Of a stretch of 64,000 bases of DNA, positions 32,847 through 46,100 are shown one piece after another (positions within the stretch are counted from its first letter, which is position 1; each line of letters starts with the position of its first letter). The translations under genes were made by a program, and so were the position numbers. Under the pieces are notes generated by a model that did no database searches, was not told where the DNA came from, and worked only from the letters and a program-made list of their open reading frames with translations. Origin of the DNA: Thecamonas trahens ATCC 50062 (taxonomy: Eukaryota; Protista; Apusomonadida). The stretch is taken from assembly GCF_000142905.1 (NCBI RefSeq), contig NW_013657652.1:124001-188000 (forward strand), read 5' to 3'.

Positions 32847-35800
32847 AGGACGGAAAAGAATGGGTGGTCGCCTACTATGACTGCGTCGGCGACCAAGAGG
32901 ACGAGCTCTCTTTCTCGGCTGGTGATGTGATTCTGGTGCTGGAAAAAGTCGATGATGACTGGTGGACAGGCATGGTCGCCTCTACTCCGGGTGCTAATGA
33001 TGCTCCCTCGGCCGTCGGCCTCTTCCCGGCCTCGTACGTTGGCCCGTATGTTGAGCCTGAAGTGCCAGCTGCTGCTCCCCAGCCAGTGCCCGAGCCGACT
33101 GCTGCTCCCGAGCCAGTGCCCGAGCCAGTGCCCGAGCCAGTGCCCGATCCAGCTGCCATCCCCGTCCTCGAGCCTGCTACCCCTGCGGCCGATCCGGCTC
33201 CTCCTGCGGCCGATCCGGCTCCTCCTGCGGCCGATCCGGCTCCCCCTGCTGCCGATCCGGCCCCCCCTGCTCTGCCGGACATGTCGGATCTCGATGCACT
33301 CGACGCAATGATGTCGACCGAGGACATGCCGCCACCGCCACCGCCGGACACGTCGGATCTCGACGGGCTGCTGCCGCCGGACGTGCCCGACGAACTGGAC
33401 GAGTTTATGCCGCCGCCGCCGGACATGACCGACCTCGCCAACCCGATCGATCTACCGCCTCCGCCGGTCATCTCAAACTACGGTGTCGAGACTCAGGTCA
33501 CGATTCCGGACGTGCTGCCGGCAGACATTCCGCGGGTGCAGACGATGATGATTGATCCGTCGGTGACGAGCGGTATGGCGCTGGTCGCGGAGCCTGTGGC
33601 ACGCAAGGCGCGCAAGTACCGATTCGAGCCGCTCCGTGGCCGGCCCATCCCGCCGCCACCGCCACATGTCGACCCTTCGTACCGGCCGCGTAAGATCCGC
33701 GGCGTGGTCCGCAAGCGCGCCAAGGGCTTCCCCATCGTCAAGGAGCCGTCATTCCTTCGCACTGCCCTCACCGATGTCGACGGGCCGGAGCTCCCGACCG
33801 AGCCGATGTGCATGGTTGTCTCTGGCGACTCGGCCTTTTCGTTCTCAGTCTACCTCAACACGCTCTTTGACTCGTACGAGCTCGGCGAGGCGGTGCCGTC
33901 GCCGCACGCCGCGCCGCTCATGCCGGCGCCGTTGTCGTGCTTCCAGATCTACCCGAGCGAGGTGGACGACCTCAAGGACGAGCCCGAGCCCGAGCCCGAG
34001 GCCGCCGACGCCTCCGAGCCGCAGGGCGACGACGACTCGCTCTCGGCCCTTCCGCCGCAGGAGACCATTGACAGCGCTGGACCATCATCACCGGTCGGGC
34101 CGCCGCTCCTCGACGAGCGCGGCTCGCTCGCGCTCACGGGCCCGCTCTCGCTCGAGTCGCTCGCCGCACGCGCCTCCGAGGCCCAGGAGCGCGCCGCGCG
34201 AAAGTACCGCGCTGGCGCCGTCGTCGGCGCAGTCGATCCGCAGCAGGCCGCCGCCTACTCGCCACTTGCTGCCGCACATTCGCGCTTTCTCCTTGCCAAC
34301 GACGCGCCGTCGACGTCCAAACCCATGGGCCTCGCTGTTTTTGTCCCGTGCACCGCGTCACGGACCACCATTCGCCTCTTTCCGTCGTCGCCGGTCGCCG
34401 AGGCCCATGCCCTTGTCTGCCGCACTTTCCGAGTCAAGGATCCGGACGCTGTTGGCCTCGCGGCTGTCCAGGACGGACGGATGGCGTGGCTGCCGATGGA
34501 TGCGACGCTTGTCGACGCCGGCGTCCGTCCCGGCGACCAGCTCAACCTCATGCTCCGCGAGCGCATCGGCTCCATCCGTGTCGTCATGGTCCACGAGGCC
34601 AGCGCCGCCGTCCACCTCTGGTTCGACCACCGGACCACCGTTGCTGCCGCCCTAGAGGCTGTCCGCGAGCAGGCCATCGGCATCTCGCCCGGCGAGCTTG
34701 TCGACTATGGCCTCTTTCTCAACGGCGAGTTTGTGTTCATGGAACCGGAGCGGACGCTCTCCTCGTACGAGCTCTTCACCTCGGACACGCTCGAGTTCCG
34801 GCGGTTTGACTCGTGGCCGCCGCCACCGTCGGTGCACAAGCCGCTGCTCCTCAAGATTGACATCGACATTCCAGGCCAGTCGGGCGCAACCAAGCTCCGC
34901 TTCGACCGCGGCCACTCGGTTGGCGCCATGCTCCTCATCATTGCCCGCAAGTTCCGCGTCGCCTCGCTCCGCCACCATGGCCTCTTTGTCGCGCCATCCG
35001 AGTCGCACCCGGGCTATTGGCTCAACCCGTACTCGCGGCTCTCGACCTATCGCCTCTCGCTCAAGAAGCGTATTTCCTTCCGCCCACGCTTTGCCCCGCT
35101 TCGCGTCGCCCTCGCCAACGACCTTGTGCTGGAGGCCGCTGTCCCACCTGACATCACCGTGCTCGAGGTCGAGAACATGATTCGCAAGTCGGAGCTCCTG
35201 CCCATGCCGCCCGGCCGCTCGCACTCGATGTTCCTTCCCATCTCGCACAACAAGTGGGACTCACCGATCACCATCACCTCGGCGCTCTCCTCGCTCCAGC
35301 TCGCCCCGCACGAGTACCTTACCTACGCGTGCACCCCGTTCTCCATTTCTATCCGCTCCGTCGCCTCGGGTGAGACCGTTGAGACTAAGGTCTCGCCGAC
35401 CTGGCCGGCGCTGCGGGTGGTCCAGTACGCGGCCCGCGTTTTTGGCGAGGCCTCGCCGCAGCACCTGTACCTCTCTACAGGCGACTCGGAGTTCCTCCCG
35501 TTCGAGGCGACCCTGGCCGAGCTCGGTGTCACACATGGCACCGTTGTCGACGTTCAGGTGTTCCCGTCCGACGTCATCGCAGCACACTGCGACCCACCGC
35601 CAGCCCCGCGCTCGCGCAACGACGTCAACATCTGGCACGAGCCGCAAGACTCGGAGGACAACATTCTGTTTGCCGAAGCCAAGTCTGCAGACACTGGCCT
35701 GCCCGAGATCGAGGCTGCGTCGCTCAACAAGCTCGTCGAGCGGCTGACCTACCCCGACTCGCACGACATCAAGTTCCAGGACGCCTTTCTCCTCACCTTT

Positions 35801-36886
35801 GAGTCGTTTACCACGCCCGAGATGCTCTTCCGCAAGCTCGTCGAGCGGTACCACGTGCCCAAGCTCGAGTCGGAGGACCTTGGAACCTACGCAGCGCGGA
35901 CGCGGAAGATCCGGCTCCGCATCCTCAACGTCTTCAAAAAGTGGCTCCCGTCGGGCTACTCGGACTTTTCAACCCCGCTGCAGGCCTTTGTCCTCAAGTT
36001 CATCAAGCAGGTCCTCGCCGAGGACCAAACGGCCTCGCTCGCGTCGTCGGTCTTCCTCAAGACCCGCCGCCGCCCGCGGACTACTGCCGCCGAACTCGAG
36101 ACGCCGCCCATCATCCCGCCCAAGTCGGTCTCGGACCCGCCGTCGGTGTGGGACTACGACGAGGAGGAGATTGCCCGCCAGCTCACCCTCATCATGTTCG
36201 ACATGTACTCGTCCATTCGCCCTGCAGAGTTCCTCAACCAAGCGTGGGCCAAGGAAAAGTACCACCACAAGGCGCAGAACCTGCTCCGGTTCATCGACCT
36301 CTTCAACTCGATCGGAATGTGGCTCGTGGAAGAGCTGGTCAAGCGCGAGACGCTCAAGGCCCGCTCGGCTCTCCTCAACCGCATCGTCACGCTCTGTGAC
36401 CATCTGCGCCGGCTCAACAACTTCTTTGGCCTCATTGCCGTCCTCGGGGCCATCAATAACTCGGCCATTCTCCGCCTCAAGTTTACCCGTGCCGGTCTCT
36501 CTCGCAACAACAAGCGAGTTCTTGCGGAGCTCGAGGAGCTCCTCTCGCCAGACTCGGCGTACAAGGCATACCAGGCGTACCTGGCCAAGGTTGATCCGCC
36601 GGCCATTCCTATCCTCAGCCTCCCGCTGCAGGACCTGACCATGGTTGACGAGGGCAACGAGGACTACATCAAGGGCCTCATCAACTTTGGCAAGCGCGGC
36701 ATGGAAGTTGCCCTCATTGCCAAGATCGCCCTCTACCAGAACTCTGACTACCTCTTTGAGACCGAGGAGTTCCTCGCCAGCGCTCTCCTCAAGGACTGCA
36801 AGCCGTCCGTCGATGAGCGGACCATGTACGCCATGTCGCTGGAGCGCGAGCCGCGTGGGACCGAGTCCAAGTCGCAGCTCAAATAA
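32847..36886 (+). CDS. Ras GEF: SH3, Pro-rich linker, tandem talin-F0/ubiquitin-like domains, REM and CDC25 domains (5' exon probably in or near the gap)
   Basis: SH3 'AYYD...EDELSF.AGD.I......DDWW.G...GLFPASYV'; REM 'AASLNKLVERLT...FLLTFESFTTPEMLF'; CDC25 'EEIARQLTL', 'LNNFFGL', 'PPAIP', 'DEGN.D...GLINFGK'. No in-frame ATG before the SH3; AG acceptor at 32845-32846. Confidence 0.92.
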
Positions 36887-36934
36887 AATCGCCCACAAAC
36901 AGTCTCGCCGGTTCTCTGCAGGTTTGCGCAAGTT

Positions 36935-39900
36935 CTAACCGCTGGCGCCAGCTTCTGGCCCAGGAGGAAGGCAGGCACAAGGCGGGGCACCCTCGACTGC
37001 GCCCGGCCCACACGAGCAGAAAAAGTCTCGGTCTTAGCGTCGCTCAGTGTGTGTCCGGCGTGACAGACAGCAGCACACGAGGCACAGACGCCGACAAGAT
37101 CGCCCTCAATGCCGCATGTCACGCATTGACGCCACTCTTGGACTACAAGGAGCTCAAAGCCAGTGGCCCGAATAGTACACTGAGAAGCCTGTAGCGCTGC
37201 GGCGCACTTGGCTGCACGCTCCTTCGCCTCAGCCTCGAGTCGAGCCTCGCGCTCGGCGCGCGGATCCACAAACTTGGTCTTGCGTAGGCCGCCACCAAAG
37301 CCGAGGTCACCGAGCCCGGGCCGCCCGGCGTTGCCGCCACTGGCGCCGTTGACAACGTGCGGCCAGTCGAGAAACTGCTTGGTAAACTCGAGCGGCTCTT
37401 CGCCCTCGACCACCTTGGTGACCGGACAGCCACCGCGACCATCGAGCGCAGCCTCGACGTACTCTTGTGCAGCCTTAAGGGCCATCTCGGGCTCGCCACG
37501 CGGCGCGCGCGCTCCCATCCACACAAACAGTCGCGAAAAGGCGTCCAACATGAGGACCGAGCGTGAGTCGAGATCGTCAAACGTGAGGCCCGAGTTGGAG
37601 ACAAATGAGATCTCGAACCCGTTCTTGCCCTGCCCGCAGGTGTAGAGCCGTGGCGCAAAGTCCGGGTCAGCGAGCGTGACGTATGCGGTCTCGCCGCCAA
37701 ACAGCTCCCACCACTCGTCGGGCTCCGAGCCCTCACGGGCGACAACGATGCGGGAGAGGACAAAGGCGTCTTTAGCCTCCTCATCGTCGAGCGAGGCAAG
37801 CTGGTGCGTGTTGGCGAGCGCGACGACTTCGTGGGCGGCAAACTTGGCCATCGCCACCTCGTTATCGGACGCAGCCTTTCCAACCCATACAAAGGCGCCT
37901 TGCTGTGGCGAGAGGGCAACAAAGGCGTCGTTCGAGTCGAGCGCTGCAGCCTTGAGCGGCACCTCGTGCACAAAGATGTAGTCGGGGCCAAAGCCCTTGA
38001 CGTGCCACAGATGAGGTGTCGGCGGCGCGAGACGATCCTTGTTAAACTCGGCATCTGGCTCGAGCTCGGCGTACTTTGCAAACGACGGGTGGTCCGATGG
38101 CAGGAGGCGCGCGGCAGGAATCGGAACGTACCACGAGAGGTGGCCGTAGTGGACGACAACCTGGCCGTTGAAGAGCGAGCGAAAGTGGGCCGACTCGCGC
38201 GACTCGCGGACCCGAATGACCTGCGGCTGCATCGACTCTTCGAGTCGTGCCTTGAGAGACGAGTGCTGGAACGAGAGCCAGACCCGCTTGTCAGCGGCCG
38301 AGCCCTCCCAAAAGTAGATGACGCACTTGGTGCTCGCTGGCTCCGACGGTGTCTCTTCGGTCTGATAGTAGTAGATGACAAGGACGACGTCGGCGGTGTA
38401 AAAGTGGCCGTACATCGAGTGCGGCAAGACGTACTGCAGGACGTCGGTCTCGAGAACCATGACGGTCAGCTTGCCGCCACCAGGATCGTCGGTCACGCGC
38501 TCGGCCGGCCGCTCCATAACGGCGTTAAAGAGGTCGCTCATCGGCGTGGCGATGGTCTTGGCTTTGGCCCTCGCCTCGGACGCCTTGCGGCGGCGGGCCT
38601 CCAGCTTGGCCTTCATGGCATGCTTCTTGGCCCTTGCCTTGGCCTTGTGCCAGCCCTTGAAGCACTCTTTGAAGAGGTATGACTCGGCGCCTTCGACCAC
38701 GCGCTGAACCGGCTGCCACGGAGGACGCTCCTGCTGGGTGTGGTAGAGCTTGGCGATCTGCATCGCTGCCGCCCGTTGCGCGTCGGATGAGTCCTTGCCA
38801 ACCCATGCGTAGATACCAGTCGACGAGTCGAGCACAAATGCCGCCGACGGGTCGAGGTCCGACCGCCGGAGCAGCTCGCCCTCGCCCACGGTGTCGAGGC
38901 TGAGCTTGCCTGAAGACGACTCGGCGACGCGCGAGAGCTTGATCGAGGCCATGACCCGCGCCTCAAAGTCGGTGTCCGACTCGTCCGAGCTGGCCAGCTC
39001 TGGCAGGCCAGCGTCGAGATCAGGCGAGGCCTCGCTAAGCGGCGGGTCAGCGCCGGCGTCCGCCACCAGCCGGAAGAAAGCGAGCTCTTCTGACGTCAGC
39101 TGCGAGCCCGGCGAGCCGGTGTGGTTGAGGATAACCGACTTGACCTTGCCAGATCGCTCGTCGGAGCGGATGACGGTGATCATGTCCAGCGCCTTGCCCT
39201 TTTCCCGCATCGACGCCGACTTGCCGTTCCATTGGTAGATGACGTCGTGGGCATCGAGGAGGAAGACGTCGTCGCAATTGAGCGACGAGATGCCGACCGG
39301 AAGCTTGCGGACCTTGGGCTTGCGCGTGCCCTTGATCTGGTACAGTGAGAGCACCTTTTTCTTGACCACCTTGCGCAGGCCGGCCTTTGTCCCGCCCTCG
39401 CGCAAGTCCATGCCAAACCAGAACAACTCACGGAACTTTTTGGACTCGTCACCAAGGTCCTGCCGAATGGCACGGGCACCGAGGGCGCGACCGAGCTGCT
39501 GGGCGGCAAATGAGCAAGCGAGCGACTGATCGAGCGAGACCGAGTCGCCGATCCAGAAAAAGAGCGAGTAGACCTTGGAATACTCGACCTCCTCCACGCC
39601 GAGCACAATGTACGCGTCGCCCTTGTAAAAGACACCGTATTCATCGGCCGAGAGTCGCGTCGGCGTGCCCTTGATCACCCGCCAGACCTCGAGACCCAGC
39701 TCAGTGCCGGCGTCTGCAAAGTACTCGGGCAGGTTCGAGCTCGGTCCGCTCGGCCCATCACCGGTCTCGGACGCCGAGTCTGAGTCTAGATCGGCGTTGG
39801 CAAGCCACGCCGGCTTGGGCCCTCCGTCCGACACCGAGCTTGCCTCCGACTCGTCCGAGTCCGAACCTGAGCCCGAGCCGGTAGCGGTGGCCACGCCAGT

Positions 39901-40200
39901 GGCACTCCCGCCACCGGCCGTCGACGTCCCTCTACCATCATCGTCGTCATCATCGTCATTGTCGGACGAGTAGCTTGTCGGCGGCTCGTCATCGGACCAT
40001 GCGGCCGGAATGGGCGGAACCACAGGCGGCGATGCGTCGTAGAGCGAGAACTTGTCGGCGACCAGCTGGAGCAGGTTCCGCTTCAGCACCTTCTTCACCG
40101 CAAAGCCAAACAGGTGTGTGGGGAGCGGCGGGAGCGGCGGCCGCTCGTACGCCTCGTCGTCCGACGACGACACCAGGAGCGAAGGTGGTGCTCCGAGAGT
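36935..40200 (-). CDS. Villin/gelsolin-family protein (six gelsolin repeats) with C-terminal UBR-box zinc finger; frameshift at 37020-37024; 5' end uncertain
   Basis: 'GLEVWRV...YGVFYKGDAYIVL', 'SLNCDDVFLLD', 'YGHFYTADV', 'LDSNDAFV', 'GEEPLEFTKQF.DW'; UBR box 'CT....Q.W.QC.TC.....GVC..CA.VCH.GH' completed by FFCSCG in the -1 frame. Confidence 0.9.
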
Positions 40201-40390
40201 AGCTGTGTCTGCCAGTGGGGGGGGGGGGGGGGGGGTGGCGTGGCGTGGCGTGGTTTGAGGAGGGTAAAGTGGAGAGTGGTGGTGGTCGACCACCCAGGTG
40301 GCTGTATCTGCGCTGCAGGGTCGTTCAATGACCCGACTTGGATAACATGAAGGGGGGGGGGGGGGGGGGATAGCGCGCGTTCAAAGGGGG

Positions 40391-41946
40391 CTAACTTGTG
40401 GCGGGCTTGATCGATACAACGGGCTTGGCGAGGCGGTCGGCAGTCGAGCCTGTCGAGGTGGCGGTGCTGGCGTCGGACGCATCGGCATGAGTCTGAGCCT
40501 GGGCCTGGGCCTGGGCCTGGTCGCTGGCCCGCGAGGTACTGTCGCCGGTGGCAGCAGAGGTCGGGCCATGTGTGGCGAGGTAGGCAACAACGTCGGCAGG
40601 GGTGGCTCGGGCGGATGTGATGAACGGCGAGTTGACGAGGTCGTCGAGCGAGCCGCGGGCGGCAGGATCCTTGACGAGGCAGGCGGCAGCAAAGTCGACA
40701 AAGGCCGTCGAGAACGGCGCACCCTCGGCAATGAAGGAGGTTACCGGCGTCTCGCCACCAACAACAAGCTTGAGCGCGTCCCATATGGAGAGGTCTCGAG
40801 GCGGCGGAAACTCGCCGTACGGTGCTAGCGGGTAGGGGTAGCGGCCGAGAGCAAGCTCGGCGAGGGTGACGCCAAACGACCAAACGTCAGCCTTGATGGT
40901 GTACCCACCGTCACCGCTGGATTCGATACGCTCAGGTGCCATGTAGGTGACGGTCCCAACGTAGGTCGACGCCAGAGAGTTGATGAGCGCACCCGAGACG
41001 CCAAGGTCGCAGACCTTGACGACGCCGGCCGAGTTGACGAGGATGTTGGCTGGCTTGACGTCCCGGTGCATGATGCCGTGACCGTGCAGAAAGGCTAGCG
41101 CGTCGAGGACAGCGACGGCGACGGCGCCAATAAACGGCTCAGGTAACGGGCCAATAGCGCGGTAAACGTCGAGGAGCGAGCCCTCATCCATGTACTCCAT
41201 GACCATGTTGATCTCGCCGTCAGCAAAGAAGGCGGCCACAAAGTCGACCACGCCCGGCGCCGACCGGCAAGTGTCCAGCGTCCGCAGCTCGCGCATGATC
41301 TGCGCCCTCACCTTGTCTGCCACCTCAAGTCGCACTGTCTTCATAGCATACACCTCGGCAGTCCGCTTGTCGATGACCTTGAACACCGTCCCACACCCAC
41401 CACTCCCGGCCTCGCCCACTACCTCCAGATCGCCCAGGGTCATACCTGCTCCTGGCCCATCGCCGCCTTCATCGGCCCCAAACGACATCATCTCCACCTG
41501 TGCCTGCGCCTCTCCCGTCGACCTTGAGGCAGACGCCGTGCCACTCTCCGCCACATTCGCTCCGTCTTGCCCGCCTGCGTCTGTAAACTGGACGCCCTTT
41601 CGCGAGATTGCCACCTTGTGTACCTTATCCACATACGTCCCTGTTGGCGTCCTATCTCCACCACCTCCCCAGCATGTATGTGAGTCCATGCCCATGCCTA
41701 CACCAGCCTTGCCCTCCTTCTGTTCGCTTGCGGTATTCCGTCGGCCCCTCCCCCGCAACCCCCCTCTCGCCCTTCCCCTCTCCCCCTTCCCCCTCCTCAG
41801 TCTCTCTCCCCCTCCCCCCCCCATACATACACACTAAAGTCCTGTTGCTTGGAGATGACGACCTTGGGCTTCCGCCTGCGGGTCTTTGTCTTGACACGGA
41901 CCCGTGTTCGTCCACCCGCCCCGCTCTCCTTCTCTTCCTCAGACAT
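40391..41946 (-). CDS. MAP kinase kinase (STE7/MEK family); exons 41946-41831 and 41651-40391
   Basis: GSGGCG loop, 'YAMK', 'HRDVKPAN', 'CDLGVSG.LINSLASTYVGT..YMAPERI', 'ELALGRYPY'; exon 1 has a D-site-like RRRKPKVVI; GTATGT...TAG intron. Confidence 0.93.
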
Positions 41947-42359
41947 GTGGATCAGCGACGAGTGGCCAGTGACCGGTGGCCGGCGGCGGCCGGCCAGCGA
42001 TGGCCGGTGGCCGGCCGGCGGTGGCGCAACCGATCAAATCGGCTGGCTGGTCTGGTGGTGGTAGTGGGGTGGGGGGGGGGGGGGGAGGAGGAAAGCCACG
42101 CTCCGCCAGGGTTTGGTAAGTGGTCAAACCCAGGGGATCTGTCGCGCCGACGCAGGCGTCGCACGATCTCAGCTTTGGCTCCCAGACAAGTCGAGTAGTG
42201 GTTCCAGGCAAAGGCTGTCTTCGCAGGCCGGGTCGCGCGGTCGCCCCGAACCGGATGAGTCACGGCCGCGGCACCGACCGACCCAAGAGCGAGGAGAGCC
42301 GAGGGGGGGAGGGGGAGGAGAGGAGAGGAGGTCGAAATACACTCATCCCCCACATCAGG

Positions 42360-42977
42360 ATGGCAGCATCTGGAGTTGGCAGTGCGTTCCCCAAGGTCTC
42401 TGGGCTGGAATATGTGCAAGGCGAGGCACGTGTGGAGGAGCTGCTCGGCAAAGCACCGCTCTGTGTTGAGTCATGGGCGACATGGTGCGGGCCGTGTCGG
42501 ACCTCGATTGCCCACCTCTCTGAGCTGGCGGCCAAGTACCCCGAGGTGGCCGTCGTCGGCGTCTCGGCAGAGCCGCCGTCCAAGATCAAGCCGTTTGTGG
42601 CCAAGATGGGCAGCCAGATGTCGTACACCGTCGCCTCCGACAGTGATCGTGAGGTCGAAGCAGCTCAGGCTGGCCTCGGCATGCGCGGCATCCCCTTTGC
42701 CACCGTCATCGACGCCGCCGGTAACGTCGTCTACACCGGCCATCCCATGGAGCCAGCCTTTGAGTCTGCGCTGGCCGAGCAGGCCAACACCGCCCGCCAG
42801 GCCGCTGTCAAGGCAGCCCGCGTGGATGCCGTCCGCGGTAAGTCTGCCGATGAGCTCGCCTCCTGTTCCGTCAAGGAGCTCAAGGGTGCCCTCGCTGCCC
42901 TCGGCGCAGACTACTCATCCTGCATCGAGAAGCGCGAGCTCGTTGATCTCCTAGCCTCTACCCTCGCCAAGTCCTAA
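42360..42977 (+). CDS. TlpA-like thioredoxin (WCGPC) with C-terminal SAP/MANF-C-like helical domain
   Basis: 'ESWATWCGPC..SI.HLSEL', 'GMRGIP...VID..G.VVY.GHP'; 'SVKELK..L...G.DYSSCIEKRELV'. Confidence 0.88.
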   Translation: MAASGVGSAFPKVSGLEYVQGEARVEELLGKAPLCVESWATWCGPCRTSIAHLSELAAKYPEVAVVGVSAEPPSKIKPFVAKMGSQMSYTVASDSDREVEAAQAGLGMRGIPFATVIDAAGNVVYTGHPMEPAFESALAEQANTARQAAVKAARVDAVRGKSADELASCSVKELKGALAALGADYSSCIEKRELVDLLASTLAKS

Positions 42978-43145
42978 ATCATTCCCTCCCCAGCCCACGC
43001 ACACCCGCTGCCGTTCCGCCGAACGCCAACGACAGGCACCCCTCCCCCCACCCCCCGCCCCACCCCCCCCACTTCTCACACACACACACCGCACTCGCAT
43101 CCATACCCCCCCTCCCCCCCCGCACATCCTCCACTCCCACACACC

Positions 43146-46100
43146 ATGACGGAGGAGTACTCGGAGACGCAGCTCGCCGAGTTCCGGGCTGCGTTTGAAG
43201 CATGCGACACCGACCGTAATGGGGTGCTCCTTCCGGGAGAGCTGGGTGCTGCTCTCGAGGCCATGGGCCAGGCGCTGGAGCCCGACGCCCTCGCCTCACT
43301 CTTTGACGTACTTGACGAAGACAGGTCGGGTGACCTCAACTTTGAAGAGTTTGTCAAGGGCATGGGCCCGGTCCTTATTCAGCTGGGCGTTGTCTCGGCC
43401 CCTGCTGGTTCGTCAGCAGGCGAGGCTGCTGGTGATGCAGGCGGCGGTGACGACGACGATGCTCCCTTTTCGCCTGCAGAAATGGCCAAGCTGAGGGCTA
43501 TCTTTGAAGCCTGCGACGCTGACGGCTCAGGTGATGTCGACAAAGACGAGCTCCGCGCCCTCCTTGTCCAGCTTGGTCACGAGCTTGATGACGACTCGCT
43601 CGATGCCATGTTCACCGCCATGGATACCGACGGCTCGGGCGAGATCGAGTTTGACGAGTTCCTCGCCGGCATGGGTAACCTGCTGCTTGGCAAGATGAGT
43701 CCCACCGCTGCTGCCGCTGCCGCACAGATTCAGTACACCCCCGAGCAGATCGCCATCATCCGCGACATTTTTAACGAGGTTGACGTCGACGGCTCGGGCG
43801 AGATCGACATCCACGAGCTCGAAGGCATCCTCCTCACCCTCGGCCAAGTCCCCGACCCGGCCGAGCTTGAGGCGCTCATGCGCAATCTCGACGCTGACGG
43901 CAACGGTGCCGTCGACTTTGACGAGTTTCTCCACGGCGGCATGGGCCAGATCATCCTCGACGCCAAGGCTGAGCAGGCCTCGGCCACAGCCTCGCTTTCC
44001 GCCGCCATGACGCCCGAGATGCGCGCGCTCAAGCTCAGGGCCGCCCGCGAGGCCCTCCCGTCAGCCACCGTCGCCGCCATAGAGGCTGCATTCGATTCGC
44101 TCGGCGATGGTGCCGCGCTCCCGGTCGCCGAGCTCGCTGCCGTCTTTCGCGAGCTCGGCGAAAAGCCGTCGCGCCCCCAGCTCCGCAAGCATATCAAGGC
44201 CCTTGACCCGGCCGGCACCGGAACTATTTCCATCGAAGACTTTCTCATGTTCCAGGCCCGCCGCCTGGGTCTCAACCGTGGCGCCTCGTCGGCCTCGCTC
44301 CTCGGCCGCTCCGCTGGCGACGAAGAGATCTCCACCGAAGACCTCTCGCCCGAAAAGGCCTTTGAGCGCATCCAGGAGCTCACCTCGTCCAACACGGCAC
44401 TCAAGGAGAAGATTGCAAACCTCGCCTCCGAGTTTGCCATGCTCCGTGAAAAGGGCTCGCAGACCGAAGAGCGTCGTCAAAAAGCCGTCGATGACTTTAA
44501 TGCTCTCAACGCCTCGTACCTCGAGCTCCGCAAGGAGCTCCGCACCATCGAAGTTCTGAACAAGGAAAAGCGCGAGCTTCTCACTGAGCTCGAGAACAAG
44601 CAAGCCGCCATTTCGGAGCTCACCACCTCGCTCGAAACCTCGTCCAAGGATGTGGAGAAGCTCCGTGAGCAGCACCGCAAGAATCTCAAGACCATTGCCG
44701 AGTACCAGGACGAGCTCTCCGAGGCCCAGAACGCGCTGCTGGTCAAGGACTCGGCCCTTACCGAACGTGCCGACCAGGAGGAGCAGATCAAGTTCCTCAA
44801 GAAGCGCATTATGGCCATGGGCGCCGAAAACGCCGAGCTCCAGGAGCGCCTCTCCACTATCGACCAGCAGCAGTCGGCCATCGACGAGCTGAAGAAAACC
44901 CTCAAGGAGACGTCCGAGGAGTACCTCAACTTTAAGACCGCCCACCAGAACGTTGTCCTTGACGCTGCCTCGGCTGCTGCCGCTGCTGCCTCCTCCGCCG
45001 CTGGCTCCGACGCCGCCTCGCTTCGTGGCGAGCTCGAAGACCTCGGCGAGTCGGTCGTCGACGTTCGCGCCGAGCGCATCGCCAAGCTCGAGGCTGACAT
45101 CAACGCCCTCAACGGCGAGCTGGCCGACCGCGATACCGCCCTCACCCTCGCGCGCACCACCATCGCCTCGCTCGAGGACAAAGTCGAGGCCGCAAAGGTC
45201 GTCAGCGTCGAGCTTGCCACGCTCAAGGTTGCCCACGAGGAGGCCCTCTCATCCATCACTTCGCTCAACGCCGACCTCGACGCCCGGTCTGCCTCGCTCT
45301 CGGCCACCAACGCCAAGCTTGTGGCTCTCCAAAAGGACACAGCCCGCCAGGCTGCGCTTGACAAGGAGACCATTGCCGGCCTCGAGGCCCAGCTCGAGCG
45401 CCTCAAGGCCACCTCGGCCTCTCTCGGCGACTCGCTCTCTGATCAGGTCACCCAGCTGAAGGACCAGCTCGCCGCCGCGCACGCCGAGACCGAGGCCACC
45501 CGCGAGGACATGCGTTCGCTCACCGCCGACCTCAAGCAGGCCGAGTCGGCCCTCGCTGCCTCCACTGCCCGCATCGAAAAGGCCAAGGCCGCGTACAACG
45601 AGCTCAAGGCCGAGCTCGAGGCCGAGCGCGCTGCTTTCGAAACCGAGCGCGATAGTGCTGCCGGTGTGGTCGACGAGGCCAACGCCCGCCTGGCCAAGTC
45701 CAAGGCCAAGTACACCACCGCCAAGGAGACCATTACCCAGCTGCTTGCCGACCAGGAGGCGCTCTCGCGCGAGCGCGACGTCCTCGCCGGCGGACTCGAG
45801 AAGAAGGCTGCAAAGCTGAAGGCCTTCAAGGAGGAGCTTGTCAGCATCTCCGGTCGCCTCGAAGAGTCCGAGGCCCTCGTTGCCGCACTCTCCGAAAAGC
45901 TTGCCGCCGACAAAGAGAAGCGCAAGACCCAGGTCGCCGCCCTCTCGACAGAGCTCGAGACAGCCAACGCTACCGTAGCAACCAAGCAGGCCCGCATTGA
46001 GGAGCTCGAGGCCCTGCTCGCGGCGTCCAAGGCCGTCAAGACCGAGCGCGACGACCTCGCCGCTCGCCTCGAGGCCGCCACCGCCCAACTCGGCGCCCTC

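Noticed and set aside
36748-36934. Apparent coding overlap between villin and RasGEF
   Set aside because: Disappears once the 37020-37024 frameshift is corrected (stop at 36935).
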